The notes beneath the pieces were generated by a model. The model ran no database searches. It worked only from the letters and a program-made list of their open reading frames with translations, and was not told the origin of the DNA. A DNA stretch of 64,000 nucleotides, taken from NCBI GenBank assembly GCA_046075565.1, contig JBJTQJ010000031.1, forward strand, positions 1-64,000. Direction: 5' to 3'. The stretch comes from Verrucomicrobiales bacterium (GTDB lineage: Bacteria; Verrucomicrobiota; Verrucomicrobiia; Verrucomicrobiales; SLCJ01). Shown here piece after piece: positions 50,401-57,957 of this stretch (position 1 is the stretch's first letter; each line of letters starts with the position of its first letter). The translations under genes and the position numbers were made by a program.

Positions 50401-53400
50401 TGGCTGCCGCGCACCCGCATCCGGACCGGTGCTTCTTGCTCGGTATCGGGAGAGCTAAGGGCGACGGATTCCACGGCCCGGAGTTCCTTCATGTCGATGG
50501 TCAGGGACTTCGGGGCGCTGCCATCCGGTTCACTGCGCCAGAAGGTCTTCGGGTCATGGTCGATGGCCATCAAGGCATTGTGATCGAGCGCGGAATCGGT
50601 GGCCTTCGCGCCGGCAGGTAGTTCACCGGTGGCGACCGTGCCTTGGAAGACCCCGCCGTGTGCGGAGGACTCCGCGATTTCCACCTGCACTTCGTCGCCA
50701 CTGGCCGAAGTCAGTTTGATTCCCACCTTGTCCGGGGCATTGGTCAGGTCGCGATCGCCATCCTTGGCCTGGATATAAATCAGATTGCCCGGCTTCACTT
50801 GGTCCTTCGGGCGCGCGACCGAACGGGAGACGGGCACTTCGGGTTGTGCGATTTCCTCTTTGAGATTTTCGGTGAAGGTCTTTTTGTCCTCGTCGACGAT
50901 CTCGCTGCTGGCCACGTCCAGGCTGCCATCGGAAGCGACACGAAGGCGGGTGTTGCTGAGGAATTCGAACTGGAACTGCTTTTTGAAGTCCTCGGGGTAA
51001 TCGACGACGATGGTATCACCGCCGGTGAGCTGAAGGGTGCCATCACCTGCTTCCGCCACGCCAAGCAGGGTGGGAACTTCAGTGAGGAATATCCCTCTAC
51101 CCGCACCTCCACTTGTTAGGAATGACTCCTCGCGATCATCGCCCGGTTCGGTGCGGATGAGCACGGGGATGCGGGTGTTGCCATGGCTGATGCCGAGGTC
51201 CGGGTCCTGAACAATCACCGAGAGAGCAGTGCCGGGCGTATGCCAGACGTTCGATTCATGACCAAGGCGGCCGACGGTGCGGAGGGTTTCCAGTTGGGCG
51301 AGGAAGCGTTGTTCGATGCCGTAAACCTCCGCGAGATTGAACAAGGTTTCGTTGGCGAGGTCGGCGTCCGGCGAGTTTTCCAAGACAGAAAGGAAAATAC
51401 GGCGCGATTCCTGATGCTGGTCCTGGCGCAGGGCGACCACACCCAGCATGAACTTCGCGCGAATGGAAATGGATGGCAGCGGGTTCTCCGAAAGGTCGGT
51501 GAAAATTTCCGCCGCTTGTTCATAGACCTTCTGGGCCATGAAGGTTTCGCCGATACCAAAGCGGGCTTGTATCGCCTCGGGCTGGTCCTTGTAAAGATTG
51601 AGCACGGTGGTGAACTCCGCCCGTGCGATGTCATACTGTCCGGCTTGCTGATAGTTGCGGGCGAGGAGCAACTGGATGCGTGCCTTGTCCCTGATGTCGG
51701 TATTCTGGGCCTCACCGAACTTGAGCAACCACCCGCGCAGGATGTCTTCGGCCCGCTCGTGTTCTCCGGCGCCTCCCTTGTTGATATGGGTTTCGGCCGC
51801 GAAAAGAATCAACTCGACGGGGAGCTCGTTGCGGTGGGCGTCGAAGAGGGCGCGTTGACTTTGATAAGCACGTTCGGCCAGTTCCGTTTCGCCGAGCCGA
51901 AGGTGGAGCACGACTTGCAGGAGCGGGGCGAGCGGGCTGTCGCTGGGGATGTCGGCGCCCAAACCACCCGCCATGCTGTAGGCCTTGCGCAGCAGCGCGC
52001 GGGCGTCGTTCTTTTCAGCCTCGCCGACGGCACCGATGGAGTTGAGCAAACCATTGAGGATGGCGGCGGCGAGCGAAGGATCATTTTTTGCCAGAGCGGA
52101 CTGTGCGAACGGATACAGCCGCTTCCATGACTCGTGGTGGGGATCCGCCATGAGGATCAACCTTTGCACGTTGAGCAAGCGGTCGATGGTGCGGGGTTCC
52201 TTGTCCATCAGCTCCATGCCGGCTTCCGCGCTCAGGCGTCCCATCTTGAGATCGCGGACAATGCGGAAGACGCGCGCCTTTTTTTCGTCCGGCAAATCCT
52301 TGGAGCCGCGCGCGGCTTCGAGCCAGCCGCGCGCCGGCCACTCGCCCATGTTCCATGGACTGAAGGGAGATTGATCGGCCCGGGTGCGGGCGCTTTTCAG
52401 AATGGGTTCCATGCCATCGATATCCCCGCTGCGGAACGCGATGTTGGCGACTTCAGCGGCATAGGCGGCGTTGTGGCGTTGCTTTGCCTCGTAGCGGGAT
52501 TTGAGGAAACTTGCCGCTTCTTCGGGCTTGAGGGTCGCGGCGACGCGGAGAGCACAAGAGACGGACTCTCCATCCATGGGATCCAAATCCATACGCGAGC
52601 GCCACCATGCGACCGCTTCCGTCTTCATGCCCAGTTCGCTCATGATGTCACCGAGCCGTGCGGATTGCGATAGCGGCTGATCGCTTTCTTTGGAAGAAGC
52701 AGTGATCCAAGGAATGGCCTTGCGGGTGACGGCTTGATTCTTCGTGGCGCAGAGGCGGACCCAGTTGTCGGACGAGACATTCGCGGGAGGAATTCCTAAC
52801 AAATGATTCGCTGCGGCAACGCGCATCTCCGGGGTGGAATAGTCGGCGGCCTCAAGCCAGCGGGAAGCGGCCTCGGCATCTTTGGGCATCTCACGGCAGA
52901 GGTTCTGATAGTGTTCCGCCGAGCCTTCCTTCGCTTTTCCGCCCAGATGGTGACGATAGACATAGGCGAGACGGGCCAGCAGCAGCCGGCGCTGCTCGGG
53001 TGTGGGGTTCGCTTGCAGAAGTTCCTTGCAGGATTGTCCGGCCTTCCCGCCATCTTCGCGGGTCTGACGCCAGAGCCGGGCGATGTTGTCATTCTGATGC
53101 TCCCCACGGGCGGCTTGCCATTCGCGGTGGCGGTTCTTTTCGCTTGGCTCCGGTTTCCATAACCGCTCGTGGAATCCACGCACATGGGGGAATGCCTTGG
53201 AACTGGCGACGATCGTCGCAAGATCCTGCCGGAAAGCTTCGTCGCTGGGTGCGGACTCGTAGAGAAACTTCACGATATCCTCGGTTCGACCCTCTTCCGG
53301 CGGTGATTTCAGATAAGCGGCCGCCGCCTCGCGGGCATTGGCCGTGTCCTTGAGGCGGTCACGATAAACATCCAGGGCCAACACGGCGCGGAGCTTTGAT

Positions 53401-54497
53401 GTTTTGGTGGGACTGCCGGCGATCACCTTGAGCAAGCCCCTGGCCGCGCGCTGAGCATCCTCACCGCACCAATTGACATAAGCCTGGGGCAGATCCTGGT
53501 TGTCTGGGTCGTTGAGCATCACCTCTTCGGCAAGGGCGAGGGCGAGCGAGCTTTCCTTGGCCTCGGCCGCTGTGTAGGCGGCGCGGGCAAGCTGCCCGTA
53601 GCGATCCTCGCGGCGGGGAAAAGCCGCCAGATACCGACGAGCCTCGGCTTCGATTTGCTTGGGCGCGATCTTCGCGGCGCCCATCGCGGAAATGAGGCTT
53701 CGGTGGGCCTCATCCCGACCGGGACCAATTGCCTTGCGGAATGAGTCGACGGCATTTGCATGCTGGCCGAGTTGACTTTCAAATTGGCCGGCGAGGAAGG
53801 CAATCTCGCGTTGCTGCGCTTCATCAGCCGGTGCCTGGCGGCGGACGAGATTCTTGGCGATGACCAAGCCTTCCGCCCATTGCTCCGAACGCCGGGCGGA
53901 TTTCATGCCTTGGATTCCGCATTCCGTCAGCGCTGCATCGGTTGAAAGTTTTTCCGTGAGTTCGATGGCCAGAGCAGTCGCTTGTTTCAGAGACGCGGGG
54001 TTGTTGGCCACAATGAAGAGATCCAGCGCCTGAATGCCATGACGGGCGGCGCCACCGTTCTTCCAGATATCGCGGCGGAGGGACGCGGCCATCGGACCGC
54101 GGGCGGTGCGTTCGCAGGCGGTGGCCAATCGATCGCGGGCCTCATTGGCCAGCGGGTCGTTGGGGAACATTTCCAGAAACTGCCTGCCGGTCGTGATGAC
54201 ATCCTCGTGGCGCGCGGTCGCGGCGAAGCCGTCCATGAGTTTGATGGTGGCCTCGGCGCGGCGGGGGTGGGCGGTCTGCGTGCGCGAGAACCTGCCGGCC
54301 GTGCGGATCAATCCGAAGGGTTGACCGTCCTGCCAATAGTGGTCCATGAGTTCCAGCATCATCCCGGCGGCGGCGGGCGAAATCTCGGCCGTCTCCTTAA
54401 GTCGGGCCTCAAGGTCAGCGGCCTTGTCGGCGGCTGCCGTGAAGGGCGTCCAACCTAACAGGAAGAGGGCAACCAACGATTGGGAGAAAGTTTTCAA
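47436..54497 (-). CDS. Giant (2353 aa) exported TPR/alpha-solenoid protein with Ig-like repeats and a discoidin-like insert
   Basis: Signal peptide; about 1080 aa helical N-region; beta-rich middle with DxDxD repeats and AIDHDPKTFW (F5/8-like); C-terminal TPRs; TTG start overlaps the upstream TGA. Confidence 0.85.
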   Translation of the reverse strand: MKTFSQSLVALFLLGWTPFTAAADKAADLEARLKETAEISPAAAGMMLELMDHYWQDGQPFGLIRTAGRFSRTQTAHPRRAEATIKLMDGFAATARHEDVITTGRQFLEMFPNDPLANEARDRLATACERTARGPMAASLRRDIWKNGGAARHGIQALDLFIVANNPASLKQATALAIELTEKLSTDAALTECGIQGMKSARRSEQWAEGLVIAKNLVRRQAPADEAQQREIAFLAGQFESQLGQHANAVDSFRKAIGPGRDEAHRSLISAMGAAKIAPKQIEAEARRYLAAFPRREDRYGQLARAAYTAAEAKESSLALALAEEVMLNDPDNQDLPQAYVNWCGEDAQRAARGLLKVIAGSPTKTSKLRAVLALDVYRDRLKDTANAREAAAAYLKSPPEEGRTEDIVKFLYESAPSDEAFRQDLATIVASSKAFPHVRGFHERLWKPEPSEKNRHREWQAARGEHQNDNIARLWRQTREDGGKAGQSCKELLQANPTPEQRRLLLARLAYVYRHHLGGKAKEGSAEHYQNLCREMPKDAEAASRWLEAADYSTPEMRVAAANHLLGIPPANVSSDNWVRLCATKNQAVTRKAIPWITASSKESDQPLSQSARLGDIMSELGMKTEAVAWWRSRMDLDPMDGESVSCALRVAATLKPEEAASFLKSRYEAKQRHNAAYAAEVANIAFRSGDIDGMEPILKSARTRADQSPFSPWNMGEWPARGWLEAARGSKDLPDEKKARVFRIVRDLKMGRLSAEAGMELMDKEPRTIDRLLNVQRLILMADPHHESWKRLYPFAQSALAKNDPSLAAAILNGLLNSIGAVGEAEKNDARALLRKAYSMAGGLGADIPSDSPLAPLLQVVLHLRLGETELAERAYQSQRALFDAHRNELPVELILFAAETHINKGGAGEHERAEDILRGWLLKFGEAQNTDIRDKARIQLLLARNYQQAGQYDIARAEFTTVLNLYKDQPEAIQARFGIGETFMAQKVYEQAAEIFTDLSENPLPSISIRAKFMLGVVALRQDQHQESRRIFLSVLENSPDADLANETLFNLAEVYGIEQRFLAQLETLRTVGRLGHESNVWHTPGTALSVIVQDPDLGISHGNTRIPVLIRTEPGDDREESFLTSGGAGRGIFLTEVPTLLGVAEAGDGTLQLTGGDTIVVDYPEDFKKQFQFEFLSNTRLRVASDGSLDVASSEIVDEDKKTFTENLKEEIAQPEVPVSRSVARPKDQVKPGNLIYIQAKDGDRDLTNAPDKVGIKLTSASGDEVQVEIAESSAHGGVFQGTVATGELPAGAKATDSALDHNALMAIDHDPKTFWRSEPDGSAPKSLTIDMKELRAVESVALSSPDTEQEAPVRMRVRGSHDGRYWYLLDEFPPAPAEKRITFADKQMQLRIYKIPAKELRESYTWEQIAELVLKSEPTETRKVDGLAWQAPENNTDAHFLVWSGSFVQERDGAVRLGVTGAKSAIMLDGKLELPLGEDGRTVDVFLGRGSHELTIFSLATPATKAVEAQRARESRQSSAVKMLPFSAADFDVAAVLGLTEAAPQSSSGIKKEANTWSFSMPSRPLRFIDFEFLEYRGESIAVSNVQVEGGGKRHTPPAEDVLELAGNNILELAPGDTVTVSYLDEITAGGRQRNRLLTKDLTATYHNGTMVPITYGFNRAGDGSVQGSRKELLRFEPGERIVAEVTDFDLDIGLDRDSVEVEVQVNADAPIKLTAVETGPSTGVFTAEIETANAATEGKIAVKRGDKLYLRYTDRQNIFPGHASPREAVVLINEPTEAIIQIVESQKPFGGPPAFSPVMTTPAKDHVATVDYRLPLTIEVIDPDEAKNSRSEVSIDVTTTQGTKSRIRCFLSRDHAPPNATLDDAPNPALLEGRFVGRIPLMLGGIESPATVPVEGAAISATATALPGMRVLNVTGADTLTASYQDVSRPDGKEATLDAKATLRSAATLRITDSGYAEDVDTGYVGKKLFILLEDPDRDLSDQRDKAMVRIMTSSGEDETVELEETVSHSGIFSGAFPLIASSAPKPANFEGGIECFFGDALTVGYLDNVPHTEDGQTILKIEIPLAVGTDGQFSAFSKVFKDEELATQTRFHIAESYFELFKGQRKLDNEEESTAALNAGKRVLRELHEDHPDPKYKPRVSYLLGQFAQETKDWNDAIAAYGSIVSNYPEHNLAPDALYKLGQCHEEAGELDEALESYVTLAATYPKSPLIANVMLRINEHFYVKEDFAVAATVGIKFVERFPNHEWAPKMAFRIGQCHYKMDEFIKAGSAFDAFVKRYPEQELTAQALFWAGESYRMGKDIPNAFRRYNRCRWDFPESDAAKYSRGRLALPELLNQFDREANLNE

Positions 54498-56677
54498 AAT
54501 CCTCCTTTCTTGAGGGCTTCGACAATCTTGGCGGCTTCCGCCGCGATCTCGCTTTCGGGGAAATCATGGATGAGTTGTTCGAAGCGCCTGCGGGCCTCCG
54601 GTTTGCGGTCGAGTTTGTAAAGGCAGCGGCCGTAGTTGAAGAGGATCACATCGAGGAAATTCGCATCGGGATGATCCGAGAGCACGTTTTCAAAAACATC
54701 GGTGGCACGCAGATAGTCTTCCTTCTGATAGTAGAACGCCGCCATCTTGGCGACCGCATCACCGATGCGCCCGGAATCCGGAAATTGCTCGTAAACCTTC
54801 TGGTAGGCGAGGAAGGCGCTTTCGTAAAGCTGAGCGGATTTGGAGGCCTCGGCCTTGGTTGCCATGGCCTCGTAGCACTCGCCGATGTGGAATTGCGCTT
54901 CGCCGCGCAGCGGGCTGTTCGTCAGCTTGGTGATGCTCGTGTATAGGCTGATCGCCCGGATGTGGTTCTCGCGCTTCCGCTCGACATGGGCTTGCTGGAG
55001 CATCGCCTCGTCAACGAAACTGCTCGCCGGAAACTCGGCCAGCAGGCGTTGGCTCATTCCCAAAGCGAGGTCGAGTTTGTCCATCGCGAAATAGATGCGC
55101 CAAAGCTGGACATAGGTTTCTTCCAGCGGTTTTCCGCCGGCTTTGCGGGCTTCACCGAGGATTTCCTCGCAGACGGCGAGTGCTTCCCCGTATTTGAGAT
55201 CGGCTTTGGCATTGAGGCCGAATTCCTTGTAGTGATTGCCGACTTCCGTAAGGGCGGATGCGGTGCGGATTCGGGTATTGAGCCTTAATTGCTCGTCGGA
55301 AATATCGGTCCGGGTGACCCTGACCTCGCCGAGATTGCCCTCGATGATGCCGGCTTGGGCGGTGCGAATTTGCGGGCTATCGGTCAGGTTTTTCTCATCG
55401 AGATAGACCAGACGCATGATTTCCCCGGGTTCACCGGCAAGGCTTCCATCGGCTGCGCCTGGGCGAAGGGGAAATGCTTGGCGAAAGACACCGGCTTGAT
55501 CGGTTTCGCGCAGCACCACCGGGAAACTCCGCACCACCACCAGCGGGTCGATTCGATCCTTGAGCTGGCCGCCATCTGCGGCTTCGGCCAGTTCCCCGGC
55601 CGCCACCCGGCGGGCGATTTCCTCGTCGATTTCATCCGGAGTCTTGCGACGGAAAAACTGCGCTTCGGCATTGAGCGAATCAGCGCCCGGGCTGATGTCG
55701 TGATCGGCATCGATGACCTGGAGGTGAACCGGCTTGCCGAGAACAACCGCTTGGATCTCCTGTTGGTAGGAACCATCGAGAATGCGGGCGATGCCATTGC
55801 CGAAAACCTCGACCGTCTTCAAGCGCTTCTTGTTGGTCGATTTGTCGGCAGCGTGGGCGTCGACATAGGTGACTTCCACAGAATCGCCGCCCCGGAGATC
55901 GAGAATGCCATTGCCCGGGGTGGCAGGTCCGAGCGTGGTGGCAATCGCACCGAGGGCGATCCGGGCATTGCGCCCGGCGAGATCGCAGGCCACGATTTCC
56001 TCGTCGCCACTTTTCGTGAGGCAGCGGATTTTTATCTGCTCACCGGGCTGGAGAATGGCAAAATCGAGATCGTCGATCTTGATATACAACCGTTTGCCCG
56101 CTTCGAGTTTCTCGAGCTTTGCGTCCTCACCGGCCCGGGCGGTGCCGACTTTTTCGAGCGCCTCAATGGCGCGGCTGTAATGGCCGAGTTTGAAGTGGCC
56201 GAGGCCGATATAATAGTAGGCTTCATTGACGTGTGTCGAAGTGGGGAACCGCTCGATGACATCACGCATGATGGTGAAGCACTTGCCATAGTTGGCGGCC
56301 TCGTAATAGCAGGTGCCGGTATGCACAAAGGCGTAGGCGCGGCGTTCATCGTTGCCATTGGCTTCCACGGCGGCGGCTTCGTAGTGAAGACGGGCTTTGT
56401 CGTATTCGCGGAGTTCAAGACGCAAGTGATCGGCCAAGCGGAGATGTGCGTCGAAGCGGGTCTCACTGCCCGGGTAGCGTTCAATGACCGACTCCCAGAT
56501 CTCGAGAGCCTTTTCGTTCTCACCGACTTCGAGGCGCGCATCACCGGCCTGCAACAACTTGCGGGCGGCGCGATCCTCGATGATGGAGCCACGTTCGGCT
56601 TTCTCCGCTTCCTGGGCGGGGAGGACGGCGGTCAGCGCGAGGATGATGGTCAGGACGCGGGCGGTTGGGAAAGCCAT
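54494..56677 (-). CDS. Exported TPR protein with two Ig-like repeats
   Basis: Signal peptide; TPRs at both ends (YPGS, FPTS, FPDS, FPES); central LYIKIDDLD and LQVIDADHD repeats. Confidence 0.85.
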   Translation of the reverse strand: MAFPTARVLTIILALTAVLPAQEAEKAERGSIIEDRAARKLLQAGDARLEVGENEKALEIWESVIERYPGSETRFDAHLRLADHLRLELREYDKARLHYEAAAVEANGNDERRAYAFVHTGTCYYEAANYGKCFTIMRDVIERFPTSTHVNEAYYYIGLGHFKLGHYSRAIEALEKVGTARAGEDAKLEKLEAGKRLYIKIDDLDFAILQPGEQIKIRCLTKSGDEEIVACDLAGRNARIALGAIATTLGPATPGNGILDLRGGDSVEVTYVDAHAADKSTNKKRLKTVEVFGNGIARILDGSYQQEIQAVVLGKPVHLQVIDADHDISPGADSLNAEAQFFRRKTPDEIDEEIARRVAAGELAEAADGGQLKDRIDPLVVVRSFPVVLRETDQAGVFRQAFPLRPGAADGSLAGEPGEIMRLVYLDEKNLTDSPQIRTAQAGIIEGNLGEVRVTRTDISDEQLRLNTRIRTASALTEVGNHYKEFGLNAKADLKYGEALAVCEEILGEARKAGGKPLEETYVQLWRIYFAMDKLDLALGMSQRLLAEFPASSFVDEAMLQQAHVERKRENHIRAISLYTSITKLTNSPLRGEAQFHIGECYEAMATKAEASKSAQLYESAFLAYQKVYEQFPDSGRIGDAVAKMAAFYYQKEDYLRATDVFENVLSDHPDANFLDVILFNYGRCLYKLDRKPEARRRFEQLIHDFPESEIAAEAAKIVEALKKGGF

Positions 56678-56682
56678 GAGGG

Positions 56683-57939
56683 TCAAGCAAGCAGTTCGTG
56701 AATCGGATTGGCTTCCTTGCGGACGAGGCGCATCGGCCGCCCCTGCGGAGTGATGATTTCCTTGGCGAGATCAATGCCGAGCGCTTTGCAGATGGTGGCG
56801 TGGAGATCCGCCACGTTGACCGGACGTTCGGCTGGTTCCATGCCATCGGCATCGGAGGCACCGAGGATGCTGCCGCCTTTGATGCCGCCACCGGCCATCA
56901 GACAACTGAAGCAGCGCGCCCAGTGATCGCGACCCGCGGCCTCGTTGACCCGGGGCGTGCGGCCGAATTCGCTGAGGACCACGACGAGGGTTTTGTCCAG
57001 CATGCCATTTGCCTTGAGGTCGGAAAGCAGCGATGCGATTCCGGGATCCATGACCGCGCCGTGGGCGCGCATCGCTTCGAAGATATTGCCGTGGTTATCG
57101 AATCCTCCGCGGTTGATCTGCACAAACCGCACGCCTTTCTCCACCAAGCGGCGGGCGAGCAAGGCACCGCGCCCGAATTCCGTGTTGCCATAACGTTCGA
57201 TGGTTTGCGGATTTTCCTCCTCAAGTTCAAAGGCCTTGAGCGCCGGACTTTCCATCAGCGCGACCGCATCACGGAGGGCGATTTCGGAAGCCTTCATGGC
57301 GTCCGCTCCGGTGAGACCGGATGTGCGGGCATTCATGCGTTCGAGGATTTGCAGGCGCTGCATGCCGCGCGCGTGGTTGATCCCTTCGGGAAACGCGAGA
57401 TACGGATCCTTTTCGCCGGGGCGACCGACGAAGTAGGCTTCGCATTGTTGGCCGAGGTATCCGGAGCGGGCGGCTTGGCCGCTGATGCTGACAAACGCGG
57501 GTAGATCGCCGAGCGGTTCGCGTTCATGCACGACAATCGATCCGAGTCCCGGGTGGAGGATGTTGGGTGATTGGGCGAAGCCTGTCTGCAACTCGTATTG
57601 GGCGCGGCCGTGATCGCCATTGGTGCCGGCGATTGAACGGATCAGCGCGGCATGGTGCATTTGTTTGGCGAGCTGGGGAAAAATTTCCGAAATTTCCATG
57701 CCATCGACCGAGGTTTTGATCGGCTGGAACTCACCTTGGACCGGACGCCCGGGTTTCGGGTCCCACGTATCGAGATGGCTCATGCCGCCGTCGTTCCAGA
57801 AAAGGATGACGTGCTCGGCCGTGGCCCTGCCAGTCCCCGCGCGGGCCAACAACCCGCTGATAGGCATACCCAGCAGCGACGCGCTGAACATCTTCAGCAT
57901 ACGGCGGCGGGTGGATTGGTAATCGGTGCAAGCGTTCAT
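56683..57939 (-). CDS. DUF1501 domain protein with Tat signal
   Basis: TRRRML; GGMSHLDTWDPKP, LLARRLVEKGVRFV, FDNHG, SEFGRTP, GRDHW, AGGGIKGG. Confidence 0.93.
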   Translation of the reverse strand: MNACTDYQSTRRRMLKMFSASLLGMPISGLLARAGTGRATAEHVILFWNDGGMSHLDTWDPKPGRPVQGEFQPIKTSVDGMEISEIFPQLAKQMHHAALIRSIAGTNGDHGRAQYELQTGFAQSPNILHPGLGSIVVHEREPLGDLPAFVSISGQAARSGYLGQQCEAYFVGRPGEKDPYLAFPEGINHARGMQRLQILERMNARTSGLTGADAMKASEIALRDAVALMESPALKAFELEEENPQTIERYGNTEFGRGALLARRLVEKGVRFVQINRGGFDNHGNIFEAMRAHGAVMDPGIASLLSDLKANGMLDKTLVVVLSEFGRTPRVNEAAGRDHWARCFSCLMAGGGIKGGSILGASDADGMEPAERPVNVADLHATICKALGIDLAKEIITPQGRPMRLVRKEANPIHELLA

Positions 57940-57957
57940 GATTGTGCGAATTCGGGT

